Source of the DNA: Macrostomum lignano
Lineage: Eukaryota
Assembly (NCBI GenBank): GCA_002269645.1
Contig: NIVC01002149.1
Span: 26,060 to 90,059, forward strand
Direction: 5' to 3'
Length of the DNA: 64,000 nt
The notes beneath the pieces were generated by a model. It had not been told where the DNA came from. It saw nothing but the letters and a program-made list of their open reading frames with translations, and made no database searches. Of this stretch, positions 25,213 through 34,341 are shown piece by piece. A program made the position numbers and the translations under genes. Numbering within the stretch: the first letter of the stretch is position 1; every line of letters starts with the position of its first letter.

Positions 25213-26630
25213 CTTTGGAGCAGAAAAGAATTGGCCGCCTGGGTAGCGAAGTAAAACCAACAGAAAATTTCCTGCTCACTAATCAGCTCTGGGAAGTTCC
25301 AGGTGAGCAGAAGTGAGTCAGTTTTGTGCGGTTTAAAATCATGTGTGGGGATCGAGAGTCTGACTGTAAGGCTCTGGAGGCCCATAGTCATCTCTGTCAG
25401 GAGTGAGTCCCTGAGGTGAGGGTGTTGGGTGCTCAGAGTCATCTCTGTCAGGAGTGAGTCCCTGAGGTGAGGGTGTTGGGTGCTCAGAGTCATCTCTGTC
25501 AGGAGTGAGTCCCTGAGGTGAGGGTGTTGGGTGCTCAGAGTCATCTCTGTCAGGAGTGAGTCCCTGAGGTGAGGGTGTTGGGTGCTCAGAGTCATCTCTG
25601 TCAGGAGTGAGTCCCTGAGGTGAGGGTGTTGGGTGCTCAGAGTCATCTCTGTCAGGAGTGAGTCCCTGAGGTGAGGGTGTTGGGTGCTCAGAGTCATCTC
25701 TGTCAGGAGTGAGTCCCTGAGGTGAGGGTGTTGGGTGCTCAGAGTCATCTCTGTCAGGAGTGAGTCCCTGAGGTGAGGGTGTTGGGTGCTCAGAGTCATC
25801 TCTGTCAGGAGTGAGTCCCTGGGGTGAGGGTGTTGGGTGCTCAGAGTCATCTCTGTCAGGAGTGAGTCCCTGAGGTGAGGGTGTTGGGTGCTCAGAGTCA
25901 TCTCTGTCAGGAGTGAGTCCCTGAGGTGAGGGTGTTGGGTGCTCAGAGTCATCTCTGTCAGGAGTGAGTCCCTGGGGTGAGGGTGTTGGGTGCTCAGAAT
26001 CATGTCATACAGCCTCATCAGACCGTGTCCTCAAATGAGTCTCAAACTCCTTCAGGCCACGAGTCGTCGAACTCGAGCAGCAGCCAGCAGCAGCAGCCGC
26101 CTCATCAGCAGAAGCGCCAGACAGCCAGGTCACAGCCGCTGCACCCCCCGATCCGGCTGCCACCAGCCGCCATGGCCGCCGCGGCCCTGATGGACGCGGA
26201 CTGCCGCGAGCTGCTGCGCCGTCACTTCGAGCAGAAAATCAACAAGCGGCCGACCGCGACCTCCCTTGGTGCCGCTGGCGGGCAGCGGCGCAAGTACGAG
26301 CTGGTGGCCGCCTTCAGCGTCATCTCCGGCGACATCGTCAGCTACTGGGTGTACCGGGATCGAGTCCCGTTCCAGCTCACGGAGCGGCGCAGGCGGATCA
26401 TCCGGACATACTACCGGACAGGCGAGTGGAACCTGCTGCTGTACGTGAACGGCTCCGAGTTCGAGCACTACATGCCGCTGGATTACGTCACGGCTCGGTG
26501 CGAGCACGAGCGAAGGTTGAGACGTCGCCATGTGGAGGCGGCGGCGGCCGAGGCTGCGGCGGAGGCGGCCGGCCGGAAGTCCATCCGGTTTATGCTGGGC
26601 CGGGGAACCCCGCCGATGGCAGCTAAATAA
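25213..26630 (+). CDS. Uncharacterised protein, last two exons (25213-25302 and 26056-26630); 5' exons unresolved
   Basis: GC-rich open frame ending TAA at 26630 with host-like codons; acceptor ccttcag|GC at 26056. An upstream 90-nt phase-1/phase-1 exon has tag| and |gtgagc. No family recognised. Confidence 0.55.
25385..25997. repeat. Near-perfect 51-bp tandem repeat, 12 copies
   Basis: Unit gtcatctctgtcaggagtgagtccctgaggtgagggtgttgggtgctcaga; no spacers. Confidence 0.97.
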
Positions 26631-26765
26631 CAGGGGCGCTGAACATGCGTTGTTTCTCATATACACTTAACTAGCTTTGAGTTGGCAATGCTCTTGGCCT
26701 GCCAGTTTCCAATATGCTAGATGTGAACCTACTGGTGCCAGCAGCTAGAAGGCGCTAGTTTGACC

Positions 26766-27145
26766 AGAGTGTCACCTGTTAGACAGGAGTGTCACCTGTT
26801 AGACAGGAGTGTCACCTGTTAGACAGGAGTGTCACCTGTTAGAAAGGAGTGTCACCTGTTAGAAAGGAGTGTCACCTGTTAGACAGGAGTGTCACCTGTT
26901 AGACCAGAGTGTCACCTGTTAGACCAGAGTGTCACCTGTTAGACCAGAGTGTCACCTGTTAGACCAGAGTGTCACCTGTTAGACCAGAGTGTCACCTGTT
27001 AGACCAGAGTGTCACCTGTTAGACAGGAGTGTCACCTGTTAGACAGGAGTGTCACCTGTTAGAAAGGAGTGTCACCTGTTAGACCAGAGTGTCACCTGTT
27101 AGACCAGAGTGTCACCTGTTAGACAGGAGTGTTACCTGTTAGACA
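26766..27145. repeat. 20-bp minisatellite (gagtgtcacctgttagacag/cca), about 18 copies
   Basis: Direct inspection. Confidence 0.95.
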
Positions 27146-28172
27146 GTGTTACCACAATTTTATTAAAAGAGCCAAGCTTGGAAGGCGCCATTCTTGATGC
27201 AAAATTTATTTCATTTATTGCAAAATTAACGATAAAAAAGGCAGGAAAATCTGCATTCTTGAATTGAATAACATCGGGTGAGATCTCAGGAAGCTGTTTA
27301 ACGCAGAAAGTACAGAATAATGTTGAAATATCATCTTGTTCATGCTGAGCCGTATTGTTATACATAAAATTATTATTTTGTTTTTATAGGCAAAGATTAA
27401 TTAGTGATTAACATTTCACTGCTATCATTAATATGAATACCATGCGCAAAAAACTTAGATTGACCGTTAAAATCTGTCGACAAAGTTGTGTACTTCGAAT
27501 CTAGCAATACGAGCGTACTATCAATTGAGAAAACCAATTTGGATGTAAAAATATCTCTGGGTTGAGTATGAATATTGAATAATACTGCCAGTGTAATCTA
27601 GATTAGATATTGCCAAATATGCAACATTGTCTCGGCATTTTAGAGTCAATTCATCACCCATTCATGTATTTAGCATTTTTTAGTTTTTCCAATGAATAAC
27701 TAACACACCACTGATTTAGTCTACTATAAGTAGTTTGGGGTAGGCAAAGTGAAATCTTCACTGAAGGCAGATTTTTGCTGCTGCAAAATGTACGAGTATC
27801 AGCAAGGCGCATAGTAATCTTGCTTGTTGGGTGGAACTTTTGATTATTTTAATTTTTGGTTATAGTTATGATAGAGTTCTTACACTCAGTATACGAATTT
27901 CATCGTGGTGTGTCAAGACAAGAAAAATAAACGCTTGTAGATTTAAAGTGTATTTTAAACGAGAGAGTCTGGAACATCAACTCTTCCTCAAAAACTTGTT
28001 TTGATCTCACTTTGTAATAAATCTCTGTATTAAACACAATAATATCAAAGTTGGAATATCATTCAAGGTATTTGCCTGCTCATTCATTTGAGCAGGCAAA
28101 TTTGTACGCTATAAAAGGCTACAACAGTGACGAATCATTTTGCCAGGAGTTAGCGGAATGGGTGGCAATGCC

Positions 28173-29024
28173 TCATTTCTTCAGAGCCAGCAGCTTTAGC
28201 TGAAAGTCGCTGTGCAGCCAAAGAATGTCGATCATGTCGCTCCGGGTCTTCCACTGAGAAGAAACAAGGTGCTGAACATTTGGGCTTTTCCATGCAGTGT
28301 AACCTCTTTTTGTGAAGAAATCCAGAATCTTCATCCTGTCTTGCTCCGTTGACAAGCTACCCTGCCACTCCATTTGTACCGCCCAAATTTTGAAATCGTT
28401 GAACAGACTGCCTGACGACTCCAAAAAAGTAGCTTCCCCTTTCTCAATGTCCATCTTCATTACTACATCCTTAGTCTTGATTAGGCGGCTGAGCTTTTCG
28501 CTGCGAATCGGCATGATGGGAATCGTGTCATTAAGCCAGTTTTCCTCTGAACCTTCGTTCATCGAACTCTTTCTACCGGCACCAACGTTGCATTCCTTAG
28601 GGAATTTAAGATACCGGAGCTGCTGGTTGTTTCCGATGAAGTTCCAAATGAGAGTAGCCTTTAGTGATAAAGCTTGTAGGGTAAGATGCAGCCTCAACAG
28701 GTTGCGGATGTTGGCATCCAGAGCTAGCGTTGGTAAACCCAGCTGTGCAGCCTGAACAGTGTACACCCCGATGTTGCTACCGATGTCCAAGAAAGTTACG
28801 CCTGGAATCTGCTGGGCAATCTTTAAGATGATCCGGGCTAACTCTGGCTCCCAAGCTTTGTTCTTCCGGATTGCATCCGAAATATAATCTTCGCCATTGT
28901 AACCCCTGATGGGCGTTTCTGCGCCGCGAATGTTAACCATGGGGATAATCTCACTTTTCTGTCGCACGATGCCGAGCAGCTTCTCCGGAGGCGGTGTTTT
29001 CAACTCGCAAATAGGGAATCCATT
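28173..29024 (-). CDS. FkbM-family (Methyltransf_21) SAM-dependent methyltransferase catalytic ORF
   Basis: Uninterrupted ORF with D.IS....WEP, TFLDIGSNIGVY (SAM-binding motif I), MKMDIEKGE (KxDxEG-like) and QMEW motifs typical of FkbM proteins. Confidence 0.85.
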   Translation of the reverse strand, partial: NGFPICELKTPPPEKLLGIVRQKSEIIPMVNIRGAETPIRGYNGEDYISDAIRKNKAWEPELARIILKIAQQIPGVTFLDIGSNIGVYTVQAAQLGLPTLALDANIRNLLRLHLTLQALSLKATLIWNFIGNNQQLRYLKFPKECNVGAGRKSSMNEGSEENWLNDTIPIMPIRSEKLSRLIKTKDVVMKMDIEKGEATFLESSGSLFNDFKIWAVQMEWQGSLSTEQDRMKILDFFTKRGYTAWKSPNVQHLVSSQWKTRSDMIDILWLHSDFQLKLLALKK

Positions 29025-29080
29025 CTTTGACCGTTAGTAGGCCCCCGTGCCTCGGCACAGCTGGTGGCGCAAAATAGGAC

Positions 29081-29290
29081 TTAGAAAATTGATCGACGGA
29101 GCTCCTGATAAGCTGGGCACTTTTTCTCCCCTGGATCTAGTTTGTCTGCCTTGATCTCGGACAGTTTGACAATGCTGTTGTGGCTACGCTCTCGAGACAC
29201 TGCAATGTATACTACGTAGGTCAGAAGCGCTGCCAGAGCGAGCCACAGGCAAATGGTGCTCATCCCACCGAGAGTTCGTTGCGCCGTCAT
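29081..29290 (-). CDS. Probable N-terminal type II membrane-anchor segment of the FkbM-like gene (different frame, join unresolved)
   Basis: MTAQRTLGGMSTICLWLALAALLTYVVYIAVS is one hydrophobic helix. It lies about 60 nt upstream of the catalytic ORF on the same strand. Confidence 0.5.
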   Translation of the reverse strand: MTAQRTLGGMSTICLWLALAALLTYVVYIAVSRERSHNSIVKLSEIKADKLDPGEKKCPAYQELRRSIF

Positions 29291-29764
29291 GTTATTGACA
29301 GTGTAAGATGATCCACAGTAGAATGTTTTTGTGCAGTGGTTTCGTTTGTTGTCAAAAACGGATTTAGCTACCGCAGAAACGGCTCTTACGCCTTCACGCC
29401 TTTAGTAGAAAAAAAAATTCTTATGAGCTGGCTCGTTTCTGATGTTTGGGATTCTATTCATCAGCGTAGCTTGCGGAATGGCCATAGACTATTTCAGCAT
29501 ATTTTTTACACCCCCGTAGCCTGCGATAGCAGGCGGATTTGCTTATACTCGTAGCAATAAAGGATAAATATGAGAGCAAAAAACAAAGTGGAGTGGGGTG
29601 AATGGACGGGTGGGTGGGTATAAATGACACAGTAAAATTGTGGGATTCATCAAACCAAGAAAGCTTGAAGCTACATTTTCAAAGTCAAGTGCCAATTAAT
29701 TAATTAAATCGTCAGCAGCTTTATTATTTAGTGCAATACTTTCCGAGTGTCGGAGAGTGTTTGC

Positions 29765-30070
29765 ATGGCTGCGGCTCAAGTGCATTTTGATCCGAATACC
29801 GACTCCGAACTAGAGGAGGAAGGCTGGCTAACAGCGGATGAGGGTGAAGATGAAGAAGAGGAGGACATGCATCTCCAGCCAAATGAAGACGCCGGAGGCT
29901 TGCCAAATGATGCTTGGGTGGCATGGGAAGCTGGGAAGTGCGAAACGAACTGGTCATACAGCAGAAGCAACAGACAGTTGTGTCGTACAACAGATTTATG
30001 GGTGGTGTCTGGGGGACTGTGCGCAGCCCCCTGCTTTGCCGACTGGCATGCCGCTCAGGTGGAACTTAAA
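29765..30070 (+). mobile_element. Internally deleted piggyBac transposase remnant
   Basis: Acidic N-terminus DSELEEEGWLTADEGEDEEEE, then QKQQTVVSYNRFMGGV in another frame (piggyBac YN..MGGVD motif), then GLCAAPCFADWH (end of the C-terminal cysteine-rich domain). TIRs not found. Confidence 0.7.
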
Positions 30071-31297
30071 TTTGTTTTTAGTTTTCAAAGCCAAAGGCAG
30101 CTCATATTTAATTGATAAACAATATGCGGCATTACTTCGGTTTTCCGCTCTAAATTATTTTCCGGATTCTTTTAAACCTACAGTCTACCAATGTAAAAGA
30201 AACAAGTAAAAAGTCACAGGGTAAAAAGTCAACAGTGACACAATGTAATAGTTCAAACTCCAAAGCAGGAAAATGAAGCAGATTTCTGAATTCCGGAAAA
30301 TAATCAGTAACGCAGGTTTAAAAGCATTAAAGTATTCATTTCTGAAAATCAAGAAAATAATTTAGAGCGAGAAAACAAAGTTATACCCAATATGCCATCT
30401 GGTTATAAACAGGTTATGTTATTGTTTCTGTTTCGCTGTTAAACATTGTTTATACGTTATAGCAATTTATCTTCTTGATTTTTACTGTTTCTTATTAAAA
30501 ATGACTACGTCAGATAGAAAAACTCGTTGACCGTGATTCACAAATGTTTTCTGTATAGAAAATAGTCATGGCCTGCTCAGCAGGCCAAAGCCGCAAGCTA
30601 CGGTTATGCAGACTTATTTTTCGAAACAGCATTCAAATGATTCGCAAGCCATAGACCATTAGCAATGGCCTGCAGAGCAGGCCACCCGCATCCTCGGGGT
30701 TTTAATGCAAATTCGCTCGATGTCTGAATAGACTACTCTCTACTGGGCATATGAACGCGCAAGACTATCGATTTTTGCTAAAGATATCAGAGCGAAAGCA
30801 AGGAGTATATATATTGACTTTTCTGCTTTGCAAGAGCGCTATTTCGTTTTCATTGAAAGCAAGTAAAAAATTGTCTAAATGGCTGCCGGAGGAAGAACGC
30901 ATGAAGACCGAGTGCTGGCAAATATCGAAGAGTTGAAATATACAAGCGAAGATTTCTGTGCGGCGACTTGTACCAGCACTAGTACCTCTGTAAACGAAGA
31001 TGGCATCCCGATTCGCAATTCGCATGCACCAGTTTCGGAAGAATTAGTCCATAGCATTGAAGTGGCAATCAATGCTGGAGTTACGAGAAGCTCTCCTTTT
31101 CTCTCCCATTTCTTTCGAGAAGCTGTGGAAAATGAAGTGGAAGGTATACAGCTTGCATTTTACAGACGAGGCATACAATTGCCCAAGGCTACGCCATGAC
31201 CGAAGTACAAGGCTACGGTAAGATGCTGACGCTGTTCCTGACAGAGAGCTGGTGTTGCCACGACTAATCAGGGAGAAGCCACTAGAAATAATTCGGA

Positions 31298-33131
31298 GTG
31301 ACGATGCGGCTGATAATACGTACCCACCTGTTCTGTCACGCTTTGACGTGGAAGACGCTAGCTAGTTCTGCTCCACCAGAACCAACTGCGTCTTGCTCTA
31401 CATCATTTCTAAGACTGCATGCATCGTCCAGCAAAGTAGCTGGAAACCTACGACGAAAGCTGTGTCGGCAGGAGAAGACGATCGATAAGCTGCGGCGCAA
31501 AATCGAAGACTCACAGGTTGGAAAGTTCTGCAGCAGCAGCAGCGCCCTCCACCGTCTAGTGCAGAGCTCTATGAAAAAAACAAAGTCTCGCTACCGCAGC
31601 ATGTGTTGGGCTGTCGAAGACATCTGCTCTGCTATTCAAGTGCATCACAAAAGTCCTGCCGCGTACCGACTTCTGCGAGATCAATGGAAGATGTCATTTC
31701 CATCAGAGACGTCAATTAAGCGGCGCATCAGATTGTTTTTTCAGGAAGAGGGCGTCTGTGAAGTTACCATGAAGCTGATGAGAAAAAAGTTGCAAGACTG
31801 CACAGAGCAAGAGCGAGTGGCCACTCTTTGCTTTGATGGAATGAGCTTGTCAGGATGTGTGCGTTACAGCCAGTACAAGGACAAGATAATTGGCTTTGAG
31901 ACTAATCCTGCTCAAGCGGATGCACCAAAAGTTGTAGACGAAGCGGTAGTAGGCGTAGTTCGCGGTATTTTGCACAACTGGAAGCAGTCGATTGCATATT
32001 ACCCTGTGCATCGGAGTCACGGACAGGAAGGTTTTCGTAACACGATTGAAAGTTGTCTGACGGCGTGTCATCATGCAGGAATTATCGTTGTAGCTTTGGT
32101 TGCAGACCAAGAGACAAGCCAGTGGAGCTACCAAGCTCTTCCAAGCCGTTTCTGCACCACCCAGTGACAAACGAACCTGTTTTTGTCATCATTGATATCC
32201 CTCACTGCCTGAAAAATTCGCGAAATGCTTTGTTTAAGAACGAAATTGTGTTCGACAATTGCAAAACAGCAAAATGGAAGCATGTTACGGACTTCTATCA
32301 GGCCGATAGTCGCAACAAGCTTAAATTGGCACCAAGGTTAAGCGACAGTCACTTCAACCTACAGGTTGGAAACAAAATGAAATTCAGCCATTCAGTCGCC
32401 AGTGGAATCCGAACTTCGGTGTATCACAAAATAATAGAATCCGATGGAGAGCAAACAGCAGAATTTTTAGATAGAATTAATGGCATATTTGACATTCTTA
32501 ACTCAGCTCACTTATTCGATAAGGGTCTAAAGCGCCCCCTTTCTCGAGATATTCTTGAAGAGCAGATCACAGAACTGGAGGCAGCTGAAAGCTTCTTACA
32601 CAGTTGGAAATTTAGACATCACAGCGGAAGGAAGCAAAAGGCGACCAGTGCTCTGCTGGCGTCACAGCAGCATGCATTACTCAAGCGCCAAATTTACCTG
32701 CCGGTTCAAGCGCATCTTTTGCCGAAACCGTGCCGACGACACGCACAGATGAGGGACTCCAATGCATTTTGCAGCCGTTTGCTTCTCCTGACACATAAAT
32801 CGAAGCCATGGAATATGTTGCTGGCTACGTGTTAGCAAAAAGTAGTGCACTGGATTGCCTGGATTGCAAGGAAACTCTGACCGCTCAAATCCCATCTGGA
32901 GTTCACTTGGCCAACAAGCAGTAGAGTGTCGTTCCAACTGGATTGACAGCACCATCGGAAGCAGTTCTGGAAAGTTTCATGCTGTTGGAATCTTTATTTG
33001 GCTCATTGCCGAAGACTACATTGCTGCAGAATCACGTGAGCCATTCAATATTGACACGCTTCCGACGCGCAAATGTGACCCTCCCCTCAGTGCGATGCTC
33101 AGCAAGCAGAAAGATGAGTAAACGCAATTAA
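31298..33131 (+). mobile_element. Degenerate P-element/THAP9-like DNA transposase (pseudogene)
   Basis: SPAAYRLLR, PSETSI, LCFDGM, VRGILHNWKQSIAYY, VALVADQ, DIPHCLKNSRNAL, WKHVTDFY, APRLSDSH, FDILNS and YVAGYV..C..C are P-family motifs. Frameshift near 32130, in-frame stops and internal deletions are visible. Confidence 0.88.
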
Positions 33132-33699
33132 CCTTTGTGTTTGTATTAAACATTTAATTGTATTTCGTTCTTTTTCACATTCGTTAACTTCAATTTGTTC
33201 ATAAAATTTGCTTCAACTACCGGGTAAGTAGCTAGCTTAAACTATAAAGTGTTATTTTGTTTTCAGAAACGCTTTTTTCGTGCCCAAATGCTGAGATGTC
33301 AAGGGGGGAAGTTGATATGGTAAGGCTTGTCGGGGGGAATTGCTGAAATGTCAAGGCTTACAAGGGACTGCTGAAATATATTGCAAAGAGACGCTACATG
33401 TAGTTTATTAAAAAAACTTGTACTGCATTTTTGGCTCCCCAATGGGGGGCGCTGATTGCTAGTCATAATGTAAATATAAAAGTAAAATTTTACTTGGTGC
33501 ACAAGTATATCCAAAAAACTCTATACAGACGCCCAATTGAAAGTAGCTTATTCATGAAATAGGCGAGTGACCCATCTAGTGTTTTTATTATCTACGCATG
33601 GTAACTGATATATCACATTATGAACCTCTGGACTGCAAATGGAGCAAATATGCTTTATATGCGTCCAAGTCCCGCATCAAGCACTGGCCATAGACAGTC

Positions 33700-34095
33700 G
33701 CTATTACGGCCGCATCAAGCGACTGGAGGCATTGGCCATAGACAGTTCGCTATTCCGGCTGCATCAAGCGACTGGAGGCATTGGCCATAGACAGTTCGCT
33801 ATTCCGGCCGCATCAAGCGACTGGAGGCATTGGCCATAGACAGTTCGCTATTCCGGCTGCATCAAGCGACTGGAGGCATTGGCCATAGACAGTTCGCTAT
33901 TCCGGCCGCATCAAGCGACTGGAGGCATTGGCCATAGACAGTTTGCTATTCCGGCCGCATCAAGCGACTGGAGGCATTGGCCATAGACAGTTCGCTATTC
34001 CGGCCGCATCAAGCGACTGGAGGCATTGGCCATAGACAGTTCGCTATTCCGGCCGCATCAAGCGACTGGAAGCACTGGCCATAGACAGTTCGCTT
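33700..34095. repeat. 49-bp tandem repeat, about 8 copies
   Basis: Unit ccgcatcaagcgactggaggcattggccatagacagttcgctattccgg; no spacers. Confidence 0.95.
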
Positions 34096-34341
34096 AAAGA
34101 TTGTCAGAACTTTACAATTTTTGCTGCTTGTGAGTTGCCCTGTCACTTTTTTAGACTTGCAAAATCTATGAAAGGCCACCCCCTGCAAACCTTACTTGGA
34201 TTAAGTTCAATGCGCACATCCCCACGAGCCCGTGCGCACAAAATCATTTGAATCGCAGATGTCCATGAGAAGAGATATTGTCAATTATAATCCTTCTACT
34301 TAGCTGTCCATGAGCCTGCGACGCCTACTTAGCACCGATAG

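Noticed and set aside
28070-28101. Hairpin after the FkbM stop as a bacterial terminator, implying contamination
   Set aside because: No U-tract, no operon or RBS context, and it is contiguous with eukaryotic repeats and transposons; kept only as part of the palindrome cluster.
30551-33528. CTGTATAGA / TCTATACAG as TIRs of the P-like element
   Set aside because: Only a 9-bp match, no TSD (aatgtttt versus acgcccaa) and it does not start with CA.
33700-34095. 49-bp and 51-bp (25385-25997) arrays as CRISPR
   Set aside because: Units are contiguous with no unique spacers, no cas genes are present and the context is eukaryotic.
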